A DNA stretch of 64,000 bases from an uncultured bacterium (lineage in GTDB: Bacteria > Krumholzibacteriota > Krumholzibacteriia > LZORAL124-64-63), in assembly GCA_963727525.1 (NCBI GenBank), contig CAVSGO010000006.1:146828-210827 (forward strand), read 5' to 3'. The number at the start of each line of letters is the position of its first letter. Position 1 is the stretch's first letter. The notes beneath the pieces are model-generated. The model was not told where the DNA came from. It did not search any database and was given only the letters and a program-made list of their open reading frames with translations. Positions 18,653 through 28,800 of the stretch are shown piece after piece. The position numbers were made by a program, and so were the translations under genes.

Positions 18653-20647
18653 CTACTTCTTGGGCTTGTTCAGCATGAAGATGTTGCCGCTGGGACCCTG
18701 CGCGGCGGGACGTGTGTGTCTTTCGGCGTGATCGGGGGCTCCCGCCATGGCAGGCTCGGGTTCCGCCTCGGGGACGGGCTCGGCCTGAGCTTCGGGCGCC
18801 GATTCGGGCTCCGGGGCCGGCTCGGGCTCGGGCGCCGGTTCGTGCGTGGCCGCGGCCGGCTCGGCAGGCGGCGCGGCGGCTGCCAACTTCTTCTTCGGCT
18901 TCAGGATGAAGACGTTCTTGTTGCTGCCCGTCGCCGCCTTCGCCGCGGGCTTGCTCGCGGCCGCTTCAGGTTCAGGAGCCGTCTCGGGCATGGGCTCGGC
19001 AGCGGGCGCGGCATCTTCTTGTGGCTCGCCCGCCGCGGCCACGGCGCTGTCGGCGGCGGCAGCCAGCTCGTCGATGAGGGAGCTGGTGGTATTCGCCAGG
19101 TCGCAGAGCGCGTCCAGGTCGGGCTCAGGCGCCGCAGTGGCGGGCGGCTGCGGCTCAGGCAGCGGCTCAGGCAGCGGCTCGGGCGCCGGCTCGGGTAACG
19201 GCTCGGGCGCCGGCTCAGGCGCTGGGGTGGCTGCTTGTGGGGTTGGCGGGTCGACCGGTGCTGGCGCCACTGGTGCCGGCGCCAATGGTGGCGGCGGTGG
19301 AGCGACGGGGGCCGGTGTGGGCGTCGCGACCGGCTGGGCGTGCTGCGGCGGGTCGAGCATCAGCTCGCCGAAGTGGGCGGCGACGCGGTGGATGGAGCCT
19401 ACGTTCTTGATCACCTGGCCCACCGCCTCCTCGTACTGGCGCTGGTGGGCGAGGATGGCGGCGACGGTGGCCTCGATCTGGGCCGTCGCGGTGGCAGAGG
19501 CGTCGGCCAGTTCGCGCACCTCGCCGGCCACCACGCTGGTGAAGGCCTCACCGGTGGCGCCGGTGCGGGCCGACTCGACCTGGATCAGGCGCGCGATCGA
19601 TTCGCTGTGCTGGGCCAGGCGCTGCACCCGGGAGAGCACCTGCACCATCTCGCGGGCCGAGGCCTGCAACTCGCGCGCCGTGTCGGCGGTGTAGGTCGCC
19701 GCGTTGTTGGCCACGCGTACGATCTTGGCGCCCTCGCCCGTGTCGCTGGCCATCTCGTTGAGGCTGAACAGCATGCCCTGCATGGCCGACGCCACGGCCT
19801 CGACGGCGGCCTGCATCTTGGCCGTGCTGTCGGCGATGGTCTGCATGTCCACGGTGACGCGATCCACCGAGGCGCTGGCCAGGTCCAGGTTCAGCGGCAC
19901 GGTGAAGGCTGGGGCGGGTGTCGGGGCAACGCGGTGGCGTAGCGAGCGCACGGCGGCGGCGGCGGCGGGGGAGAGATCGTCCGCGTCGTCCGCGAGCGAC
20001 ACGTGCCCACTGGCCGGCTGGGGGTGGCGTCGGCGTGCGCCGGCGATCAACAGCACCGTGAGTACCACGGCAAAGGCTCCGGCGAGGGCGCGGCTCAGGC
20101 CCAGCAGATCCTCTTGCAGGCGCCCGCTGCTGACGAGAGTTTCGCGGGTCGTGCTCATGGCACGCATCAGTCGGGGCGCCGCGGTGCCGAGGCTGCTCAG
20201 CAGTTCCTGACCAGCCGCGCTGAAGATGGAGTACTCGCCGGCGGCGAGGTCGGCGAGGTCGGGACCGATCTCCTGCCACGCGGCGCGGGCCTCGCCGAGG
20301 GCTTGCCGGCTGGCGCGGCCGCGCACGGCCGCGATCTCCACCAGCGATCCGTCGGGGGCGGACCAGTTGCCGCCGCGGTCGAGGGCCGAGAGGGCCCGGT
20401 CGATGCCGACGATGGCCTGACCCAGGCGCTGGCGGGCCTCGTGCATGCTCGGCGCATCCGGAGCGGTGCCCAGGGCATCCACCTCGCGTACCAGCGCCGA
20501 CACCTGCTCGATCTCCGTGGAAATCGCCTGCAGGCGCTCGGATTCGCCACCCTGGTGGCCGCCGGTGTACACCATCATGCCCAGCGACCCGGCCAGGAGC
20601 AGAGCCGCACCCACGGTGACTACGGTCATGAGCGATCGCGCCGACAT
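18653..20647 (-). CDS. Atypical methyl-accepting chemotaxis-like protein with Pro/Glu/Ala-rich tail
   Basis: Two TMs around a PilJ-like periplasmic domain; coiled coil with VVAGEVRELA (MCP tip remnant); long PEP-rich tail. Confidence 0.65.
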   Translation of the reverse strand: MSARSLMTVVTVGAALLLAGSLGMMVYTGGHQGGESERLQAISTEIEQVSALVREVDALGTAPDAPSMHEARQRLGQAIVGIDRALSALDRGGNWSAPDGSLVEIAAVRGRASRQALGEARAAWQEIGPDLADLAAGEYSIFSAAGQELLSSLGTAAPRLMRAMSTTRETLVSSGRLQEDLLGLSRALAGAFAVVLTVLLIAGARRRHPQPASGHVSLADDADDLSPAAAAAVRSLRHRVAPTPAPAFTVPLNLDLASASVDRVTVDMQTIADSTAKMQAAVEAVASAMQGMLFSLNEMASDTGEGAKIVRVANNAATYTADTARELQASAREMVQVLSRVQRLAQHSESIARLIQVESARTGATGEAFTSVVAGEVRELADASATATAQIEATVAAILAHQRQYEEAVGQVIKNVGSIHRVAAHFGELMLDPPQHAQPVATPTPAPVAPPPPPLAPAPVAPAPVDPPTPQAATPAPEPAPEPLPEPAPEPLPEPLPEPQPPATAAPEPDLDALCDLANTTSSLIDELAAAADSAVAAAGEPQEDAAPAAEPMPETAPEPEAAASKPAAKAATGSNKNVFILKPKKKLAAAAPPAEPAAATHEPAPEPEPAPEPESAPEAQAEPVPEAEPEPAMAGAPDHAERHTRPAAQGPSGNIFMLNKPKK
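19150..19220 (-). repeat. Tandem 12-bp repeats encoding PEPA/PEPL
   Basis: ggctcaggcagc/ggctcgggcgcc units on the plus strand give PEPAPEPLPEPAPEPLPEPLPEP. Confidence 0.85.
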
Positions 20648-20769
20648 GAAAACTCTCTTTCTTATAGGCGGTTCGCGGTCCTCTTCCCGGTCATTTTCGC
20701 ATTTCTGGGGTGCGCATTGAGGATTATCCTGCGTTCTTGGCTCGCGAACCGTCCCCAGGAGGAGTCGAT

Positions 20770-22689
20770 ATGATCCGCAAGCTCGCGTTTATCCTCATCG
20801 TACCCGTCTTGATGCTGAGTGCGTGTTCTCAGCATCCCGCCACCAGAACCGACGCGCCGGCGCCGCCCGCGCCGACGGCGCCCGCCAAGATCAAGGTGAA
20901 CTCCCTCACCGACTTGCCGGCGCACAGCTACCAGGTGCAGGGCTCGGTCTCGCAGCTCCTGCACGATGACGCCGCGTTCGCCGCCTTCGCTGCCAAGGTG
21001 CGTGCTGATCTCGAGTCGGATCTGGCGACGTACGACATCACCGACCCCAGCACCTTGCAGGGGTACTACGGCGCCCTGGCGAACCTCGATATGCTCGACG
21101 GTCGCTGGAAAGCCCTCGCCGTGGACATCGAGAAGACGCGTGAGCTGGAGAGCAAGCCCGCCGCGCGGGCCACCAGCGGCCTCGTCGGCGATGCGCTCAT
21201 CGCCGTGCACGAGCGGCTCGGCGACGACGTGGCGCTGGAGGCGCTGCGCCCGGCGTTCAAGCGTGAATTCGCCGCACGGGTGGACACGCTGTCATGGGAC
21301 CTGGTGCAGGACACGGTGCAGAAGAACAACGGCCGCCTGCAGATGCTGAGTCCCAACCTGGTCAACGGCATGGTCCAGATGCAGCTCGATCCCATCGTGG
21401 CCCAGAAAGCCGAGCTGAGTGGCGATCTGGCTCGCAACGTGATCGGCCTGAAGGCGGCGCTTGCGACGGTGCTGCCGCTGCGCGATGAGATCACCGCGGT
21501 GTATACCGACTACATCGAGCAAAACCAGAAAGAGAAGGAGAACATCTGGCCGCCGCGCGAGGTGACGCTGGGCGCCGACGGCAAGTATCAGCCGGTGGTC
21601 ATCGGCATCTGGGATTCCGGCGTCGACCTGTCGGTCTACAAGGATCGCCTGTGGACCAATCCGAAGGAGACGGCCGACGGCAAGGATGACGACGGCAACG
21701 GTTTCGTGGACGATGTCCACGGCATCGCCTTCGACGTGAACGCGCAGCCAAGCACCGAGTTGCTGCACCCCCTCGGCGACATGATGGGCCGCGTGGAGAA
21801 GGCCCAGGAGAACATCAAGGGTCTCATGGACCTGCAGGCCTCGGTCGAGAGTCCGGAGGCCCAGTCGCTGCGTCAGATGATGGCCGCCATGCCGCCGGAA
21901 GAGGTGGCGCCGTTCATGGAGTCGCTCAGCTTCTATGGCCTGTACGCCCACGGTTCGCACGTGGCCGGGATCGCGTCGGCCGGCAACCCGTACGCGCGGC
22001 TCCTCTGTGCGCGCATCACCTTCGACTACCACACGCTCCCGCAAGCCATGACCGCGGAGATCGCGCGCCGCTGGGCTGACGACTACGCCCGCACGGTGCG
22101 GTACTTCCAGGCCGCGCATGTGCGCGTGGTGAACATGAGCTGGGGCTGGACCTTCCGCGAGATCGAGTCGGGTCTCGAGGCCAACGGCGTGGGCGCAACG
22201 GCCGAGAAGCGCGCCGAGCTGGCGGGCAAGCTGCTCGACATCCTCGAGGCGGGCCTCAAGGGCGCCATCGAGAGCACGCCGGATATCCTCTACGTCTGCG
22301 CTGCCGGCAACGACGACAACGACGTGGCCTTCGATCGCGTGATCCCCTCGAGCTGGGACTTGCCCAACCTGCTCGTCGTGGGCGCGGTGGACCAGGCCGG
22401 CGATCCCACCGACTTCACCGCCGGCGGCAAGACCGTGCGCGTGTACGCCAACGGGTTCGAGGTGGAGAGCCACGTGCCCGGTGGCAAGGACATGAAGATG
22501 AGCGGCACGTCGATGGCGTCGCCTCAGGTGTGCAACCTGGCGGGCAAGCTCTTCACGGTGCGCCCGGCGCTCACACCGACGCAGGCGGTGGATCTCATCG
22601 TCAAGGGGTGTACCACCAAGCCCGACCACCCGTACATCCCCCTGATCGACCCGCGCAAGTCGCTGGACATGGCGCTGTCCATGCCATAG
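20770..22689 (+). CDS. S8 subtilase, lipoprotein
   Basis: Lipobox LSAC; triad IWDSG, HGSHVAG, GTSMASP; oxyanion AAGND; DDDGNGFVDDVHG. Confidence 0.93.
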   Translation: MIRKLAFILIVPVLMLSACSQHPATRTDAPAPPAPTAPAKIKVNSLTDLPAHSYQVQGSVSQLLHDDAAFAAFAAKVRADLESDLATYDITDPSTLQGYYGALANLDMLDGRWKALAVDIEKTRELESKPAARATSGLVGDALIAVHERLGDDVALEALRPAFKREFAARVDTLSWDLVQDTVQKNNGRLQMLSPNLVNGMVQMQLDPIVAQKAELSGDLARNVIGLKAALATVLPLRDEITAVYTDYIEQNQKEKENIWPPREVTLGADGKYQPVVIGIWDSGVDLSVYKDRLWTNPKETADGKDDDGNGFVDDVHGIAFDVNAQPSTELLHPLGDMMGRVEKAQENIKGLMDLQASVESPEAQSLRQMMAAMPPEEVAPFMESLSFYGLYAHGSHVAGIASAGNPYARLLCARITFDYHTLPQAMTAEIARRWADDYARTVRYFQAAHVRVVNMSWGWTFREIESGLEANGVGATAEKRAELAGKLLDILEAGLKGAIESTPDILYVCAAGNDDNDVAFDRVIPSSWDLPNLLVVGAVDQAGDPTDFTAGGKTVRVYANGFEVESHVPGGKDMKMSGTSMASPQVCNLAGKLFTVRPALTPTQAVDLIVKGCTTKPDHPYIPLIDPRKSLDMALSMP

Positions 22690-22751
22690 CGGTCGTCCCC
22701 GGGAACTTCGCCGCGCGCAGCCGGTTGTTGCGCGCGGCGAAAGGGGATGAC

Positions 22752-23462
22752 ATGCGAACGAGAACGCGCCTTATCATTGTCGCACTGGCGGCCGTCACTT
22801 TGATGGCGGGCGCCCCGGTTTTACACGCCAGGCCGCTACCCGGCGAGCGTGACATCGGGCGGGATGTTCCACCCGATCTCCCACCCCAGGCGCCCCTCGG
22901 CTATCTCATGGTCGAGGACGACCTCTGGTCGCAATACAGCGGCGAACCGGCGAGTTCGTTTCATGACGCCGTCCAGAGCTTTCTGGACGACGATCTCACC
23001 GCCGCGTCCGAGTCGATCGACCGCGGATCGGCCTTCGTGAGGGTGGAGGGATCGCGCGCCGATCCCGACCATCGGGCGGCGATCCAGGGGGCGTCCGACG
23101 CGCTGACGGCGCTGGCGAACCAGGTGCGGGCGGGCCAGGTCACCGACGTGAAGGACATGAACCCCGTCTTCGCGCGCGCCGACCGCGTTCTTGCTGAACA
23201 CCACCTGTTGCTGGCCGACGAGGCCGAGGGCGAAAGCGATGCGCGTCGCGTCGGCCTGCATCTCGAGGCGGCGGCGCAGTGCCTGCGCGAGCTGAACACA
23301 TGGCTCGGCGACGAGTCCGATCGGGTCGCCGGCAAGATTCTCGACCGGTCGCAAAAGCTCGGCAAGCAGCTCGAACAGGGTAAGGCCACGCTCGACGCCG
23401 ACGCGCGCCAAGCATTGACGGAGTGCCGGCGCCTGCTCGTGGCCGCGCGGCAGCCGCGCTAG
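22752..23462 (+). CDS. Secreted helical hypothetical protein (possibly YfdX-like)
   Basis: ATG22752 after GGGGA; signal peptide; internally repeated helical halves. The family call is tentative. Confidence 0.5.
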   Translation: MRTRTRLIIVALAAVTLMAGAPVLHARPLPGERDIGRDVPPDLPPQAPLGYLMVEDDLWSQYSGEPASSFHDAVQSFLDDDLTAASESIDRGSAFVRVEGSRADPDHRAAIQGASDALTALANQVRAGQVTDVKDMNPVFARADRVLAEHHLLLADEAEGESDARRVGLHLEAAAQCLRELNTWLGDESDRVAGKILDRSQKLGKQLEQGKATLDADARQALTECRRLLVAARQPR

Positions 23463-24034
23463 CGCGGCAACGTCAAGCCCAGGGCCGTACGCAGCGAGGA
23501 GTCCGCGGTCGCGTCGAAGGGGCCGAACCAGCGCTGCGTGACGTGGCCGTCGCGGTCGACGAGCAGGGCGGCGATGGCATTGGAGCCGTCGGTGCCGATC
23601 TGGTGCCGGAACCAGTCCTTGTCGAGGTACAGCGTGATCGTACGTTCGCGCTGTTCGCGGTCGGGGATGCCTTGACGCATGCCGCCGTCGATCACGCCCC
23701 GCATCCAGGCCATGCCGCGGCTGATCGTGGGCAGTTCGTAGTACGCGAAGTGAGGCGTTTCGAGGGGAATCTTCGCGAGCGGGCCGAGCCAGGTATCGAT
23801 GTCTGCCTGCTGATCGCGCTCGTAGGCGACGAGGAGCAGGTTGATGTCGCCCGCGAGATCGTCAGGTAGCCGCAGGGTCCGCCCGCGGAGGTTCTCCGCC
23901 TCGAGCACGGGGAAGCGTGCGCCGGCCTCGGCGTCGCGGCGATCGATGATCTTCGTGGCATCGGCCGCGGCGCTGCCGGCGAGCAGCAGCGAGACGAGCG
24001 CGGTGCTGGCGAGGATCGAGGGAGACATGGGCAT
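23459..24034 (-). CDS. Secreted thioredoxin-fold protein resembling the ATP10 family
   Basis: Signal peptide; FPVLEAENLRG..LPDDLAG, QQADIDTW, YELPTI, IDGGMRQGIP; no CxxC. Confidence 0.6.
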   Translation of the reverse strand: MPMSPSILASTALVSLLLAGSAAADATKIIDRRDAEAGARFPVLEAENLRGRTLRLPDDLAGDINLLLVAYERDQQADIDTWLGPLAKIPLETPHFAYYELPTISRGMAWMRGVIDGGMRQGIPDREQRERTITLYLDKDWFRHQIGTDGSNAIAALLVDRDGHVTQRWFGPFDATADSSLRTALGLTLPR

Positions 24035-24116
24035 GGATCCCGTCGTTTCCGGTGGCGTCCGTCACCAACGGATAACCACGGCCCCGATCGCCCGCAAGGT
24101 TCCCGGCGGGAGGCGG

Positions 24117-24812
24117 TCAATGCAACGTCGTGTCGTCGGTACCGCCAGGGATCACGCGTAGGGGCGGAGGCGGAGGTGGCTCCGGGCATGGATCCAGATC
24201 CTCCAGCAACTCCAGATCGTCGAGCCGCGTGTCGAGGCAGTCCTCGGGGTCGCTGAAGGCGATGGTCTTGCAGTCGAAGTGGTTCGGATCGAAGTCGGCG
24301 CCCAGGACGGCGCGCGCGCCGCGCCGGTGCGGGTGGTGCGGATCGGCGACGGTCGCCAGCAGATCGCGGTAGCGCGCGATGTTGCCGCAGCCTTCGGGAG
24401 GGCTCGCGCGGCGACCCCCGATGCACTGTGGATACTCCTGACCGGGATCGCTCGGCATGATGCGTTCCAGCCGGAGCGTGAACGACCATCCGTCACCGCC
24501 ACCGTAGACGTAGTTGCCTCGGCGGCTGTGCACGGTGAAGAACGCCGCGATGGGCACCTCCCAGCCGGGTATGAACGGTGCCAGTTCGTGCTCCTCGTCT
24601 TCGATCGGGATGCCGAGCACGATCTCCGCGCGCACGATGGGCACGGTGGCCACGAAGGCGTGTTCGTGGCGATCGTCCCAGCCCATAACGTCCTGGATGG
24701 CCACGTGCAGGTCCCAGAACGTGGCCGTGCACGGCATGACCAGCCGGCGCCAGATGGGGGGCCGGATGCCGTCGAGGGCGATCCTGAACTGCAGGACATG
24801 GTCGAGTTTCAT
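24117..24812 (-). CDS. Plasmid pRiA4b ORF-3 family protein
   Basis: FRIALDGIRPPIWRRLVMP, LHVAIQDVMGWDD, YPQCIGGRRASPPE, FDPNHFD. Confidence 0.85.
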   Translation of the reverse strand: MKLDHVLQFRIALDGIRPPIWRRLVMPCTATFWDLHVAIQDVMGWDDRHEHAFVATVPIVRAEIVLGIPIEDEEHELAPFIPGWEVPIAAFFTVHSRRGNYVYGGGDGWSFTLRLERIMPSDPGQEYPQCIGGRRASPPEGCGNIARYRDLLATVADPHHPHRRGARAVLGADFDPNHFDCKTIAFSDPEDCLDTRLDDLELLEDLDPCPEPPPPPPLRVIPGGTDDTTLH

Positions 24813-24955
24813 GATGGGCGCACCGTCAGCAGGAGCCGTGCCGCGTGGCTTTCGGGGTTACTGAAGCCATGTTGCGCGCCGCCGCGAACCTGACCCCGTC
24901 TCCGCCAGGCGACGGTGGGAGGTCCCGCGACACCCGGCGTTGACGCCGGTCGGCG

Positions 24956-25774
24956 TCACAAGGTCATGACAAGGCGCACGGCGACGATGAAGAGCAGCGC
25001 CGCGAACGTGCGGCGGAACCACACGCTCGCCACCTTGCGGTTGAGCCACGCGCCCACCTGGGCCATGGGCACGGCCGTGGCTCCGAGGCACAGCGCCGCG
25101 AGGGGGTTGACGTAGCCGAGGAAGCCATCGCCGATAGGCGGTTGCGGGCCGTGGGCCATGTAGCCGAGGGCGGCCGCGAGGGACGAGAAGCAGACGACAC
25201 CGCTGGACGTACCGGCCAGGAAGCGCGACGGCACTCGCCCGATCAGCGCGAGCGCCGGCACCAGCACCACACCGCCGGCGAGGCCGCTGAACCCCGCGAA
25301 GAGTCCCACGCCGAGACCGACGAGCAACCACTGCCACCACGGCGCACGGCGGACGCGCGCCTCGCGGCCGGTGCCGGTCGCGTCCCGCCCGGCCGCCAGA
25401 CGGACGGCGGAGACGACGAGGGCCACGGCCAGGAAAGCCTGTAGCCACTGCCCCCCGATGTGCGACGCCGCCCAGCTTCCGAACCAGGCGCCGGCGATGG
25501 TCGAGGGGACAATGGGCAGAGCCACGCGCCACAGCACGCGCCCGTGGCTCTGGTGCCGCGCGACCGAGGACCCCGTGTTGAATACCGCCACCGTGAGGCT
25601 CGTGGCCATGGCGGCCTGGACCACGGCGTGGTCCGGGAGCCCGAAGGCGCGGTACAGCGCGAGCAGCACCGGTACCATGACGATGCCGCCGCCCACGCCG
25701 GCGAACCCTGCGACGAGACCAGCGAACACGCCGGCTCCAGCGAGCGACAGGATCTGGAGGAGCGAGAGTTCCAC
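24956..25774 (-). CDS. TauE/SafE sulfite exporter family membrane protein
   Basis: GFAGVGGGIVMVP, AMATSL, GFSGLAGGVVLVP, GTSS; multi-TM. Confidence 0.9.
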   Translation of the reverse strand: MELSLLQILSLAGAGVFAGLVAGFAGVGGGIVMVPVLLALYRAFGLPDHAVVQAAMATSLTVAVFNTGSSVARHQSHGRVLWRVALPIVPSTIAGAWFGSWAASHIGGQWLQAFLAVALVVSAVRLAAGRDATGTGREARVRRAPWWQWLLVGLGVGLFAGFSGLAGGVVLVPALALIGRVPSRFLAGTSSGVVCFSSLAAALGYMAHGPQPPIGDGFLGYVNPLAALCLGATAVPMAQVGAWLNRKVASVWFRRTFAALLFIVAVRLVMTL

Positions 25775-25874
25775 GCGGCACCTCGAGTATCGACCGGGCA
25801 GGCACGGGCGAGCCCGCCCAAGATAGACGTCGAGGCGCCCCGCGCGTAGGGCGGACTCCCGCGTGCCGCAAGCA

Positions 25875-28800
25875 TCACCGCGCGAGCAGCATCTTGCCGG
25901 CCGTGATGCCGTCGTCCGTCACCAGCCGGACCAGGTACACGCCCGACGCTACGGTGCGTCCGCGGGCATCCGTTCCGTCCCAGATCACCTCGTGCGATCC
26001 CGCGTCGAGCGTGCCCGCGACCAGCCGGCGCACACGTTTGCCGTCGGGGGCGAACACGTCCAGTGTCGCCGCCATGGCGCGTGGGAGCGAGAAGGCGATG
26101 GATGTCATCGGATTGAACGGATTCGGGTGGTTGCCGCGCAGCTTGACGGCGCCGGGTGTGTCGCCGTCGACCGCCGTGTCTTCCGCCACCTGCAGCGTCA
26201 CCGGGATACGGGTCTCCCCGCCCGCGCTCGTGGTCACCCGCAGCAACGCATCCTGCGTGCCGCTGGAGACGTCCGCCGCGTGCAGCGTGACGACGATCGT
26301 GGCCTCGGCGCCTCCGGGTACCACGCCGTTCGCGAGGCCGGGCTGCACCCAGCTCACGTCGCGGCCCACAGCGAACACGCTGCTCGAGTCCGACAGGGCG
26401 GTGTCCTGCGCGTCGCTCACGCGGATGCGCGCGTATGGTCCGGGGTTGCCCGCCACGAGCCATGTCCACGCACCGGCTGCCGCATCGACATCCGTGGCCA
26501 GGCCACTCCAGGGGCCGGCCTCGTCGCGCTGAATGGCCACGTCCACGAGACCCGACCCATTGCCCGCCGTGAAGGTGATCGGCAGCTCCTGACCGATCAC
26601 CGCCACCGTGCCCGCCACGGGGGTGTGGAGATCGAGGTAGGGCTGGTCGCTCGTGAGCGTGATCGTTCCCACCACCTGATCCGGCTGACCGTAGAGGCCG
26701 ATATCCTCGAGGGAGTAGGCGAAGGTCACCTCGCCCGCGGCATCGGGTGCGAAGCTGACGTTCAGCGTGCCTGTGGCCGTGTTGCCCAGCGGGATGAAGG
26801 CGGAACCTCCGTCGGCCAACCCGTCCCAGACGGTGACCACCTCGTCGCCCGCCGGACCGAGCCAGGTGAGGGTGTCGCCGGTCGCCACCCCGAGATCGGT
26901 GGCGTCGTTGAGCGTGACGCCCGACGGACACTGCAAGGCCACGATCGTCAACAGCGGGAAGATGCCCTCGCCGTCCGCATACACGCTCATCGCGATATCG
27001 ACGGTGGTGCCCGGTTCGAAGCTGGAGGTATCGAAGGTGAGGGTGGATCCGTCGAGGTTCGGAGGCGCCGGCGTGGCGGCGGCCTTGTGCGCGATCTCGG
27101 GCGGCAGCACCGCCGGATCCACCACGGCGACCGCGTAGCCGAGTTGTGATCCCGCCGCACCCGTGTTGGCCACGTGCAACGTGCGCGTGACGTGCCCGCC
27201 GGGCGGTACCGTGACCACGATCGACGCAGGCGTGACCTCGGCCTGAGGCAGGGCGACCGCACCGATGGGTTCGAAGCGGATGGCGCGCCCCGCCTCGAGC
27301 GGCGTACCGCCGGCGGCGTACTGATTCCAGTAAGTGTAGAGCAGGCCGCCGGTGCGGTCGTGGTTCTGGATGCCGACCGTCGCGTAGCCGTCGCGCGTGT
27401 CGGTGTTGTGCACCTCGGCGTATTGCATGATGATGGCGCCGTCGCCCGTCGCCGTGGGATGCCAGGCCGGATCGAGCAGGATGACTTCGAAGTTCTCCCG
27501 CGCGCGCGAGAAGTTGTTGAGCAGGTTGTACCACTGCGCGATGAAGCGATGCTGCGCCGCGTCGTACCAGGTGTACACGTCGGCGTTGCCGATCTGGTAC
27601 AGGTCGTCCCAGAAGACGGCGATCAGGCTGCCGGGACTTCCGGCCGCAGGCAGCGTGACGTTGCGATACTGCACGAGCGGCGTCTCGCCCAGAGCGAGCC
27701 AGCCGTTGGAACAGATCGACACGCGGTCGAACGCGACACCGTAGTAGCGAAACGGGAACGGCAGGTCGATGGTCCGCGTCTGGTCCTGCTCGAAACCCTG
27801 GTCGTCGAGGTCGAGCGACACGCCGGGGCCTCCGCTCACCGGATCGAGAGCCACCCAATCGTAGACCGGCGCGTGGCCACTGGCGACGTCGGTATCGTCG
27901 AAGGCGTAGTAGCCGCCGGCCCCAGGTCCCGTGGGTGCGTCGGTGGCGGCGGTGCCCACGGTCACGGGCACATCGCGGACCGACTGGCCGCCCGCCCCAT
28001 CCGCGATCGTCAGCCGCAACACAGCGAGGTGACCGGGAAAGCAACCGGGCGCGATCGTGAGGCCGAAGGGGTCGAGCGTGTTCGCCGCCGCATCCCCGCT
28101 GCCGATCGCGCCGAAGCTCCCGGTGGTGTCGGTGATCTCGAGCCACGGGCTGTCCGTCGTCAACGTGGCGGCGGCATCGGGAGCGGCGACGCTGCCGTCG
28201 TTGGCGAGCGTGATGACGAGCGTGCCGGTCTGTCCGGGCTCGAACGTCTCGCCCTCGCTCCAGGTCGGATCGGACACGGAGAAGGACGGGCCGTGCACCG
28301 TCGCCTGGACGACATCGGTGAAGGTAAGATCGGTGGCCGTCAGAGGCAGCGGCCACCTCACGACCGCACCATCGGGCGCGCCGGCATCCACCGCGATCGT
28401 GACCGGCGCCGCCGCCCACACCGTGTCGCCGGGCGCGATATCGCCGAAGCTCAGGACACCGGACACCACCCGACCCCAGGGATCGCCGCCGATGAGCGTG
28501 CCGGCCACGGCGGAAGCCGTCGCGGTGCCGAGGTTGGTGATGGCCAGGGAGAGCAGCGCCGTCTCGCCGGGATCGAGCATCCCGTCGCCGTTGCCGGCGC
28601 TGTCGTCGATGGTCATGGCGGCAACCTCGCAGGCGACAGCGACCTCGCCGACGGTGAGGTCGCCGCGATAGGGGATCATCCCCAGCGCCGTCGCCGTCAC
28701 GGTGCACGTGCCGGCGGAGAGAGGCGGTGTGACGAGGGTCGTGGCACCGAATTCGCTGGTGTGGCCGACGACCTGCAGTTCACCCTCGCGGTACAGGCAT

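Noticed and set aside
18760-19340. Short repeats as a possible CRISPR array
   Set aside because: These are in-frame coding repeats (PEP/PAP) without unique spacers, and no cas genes are present.
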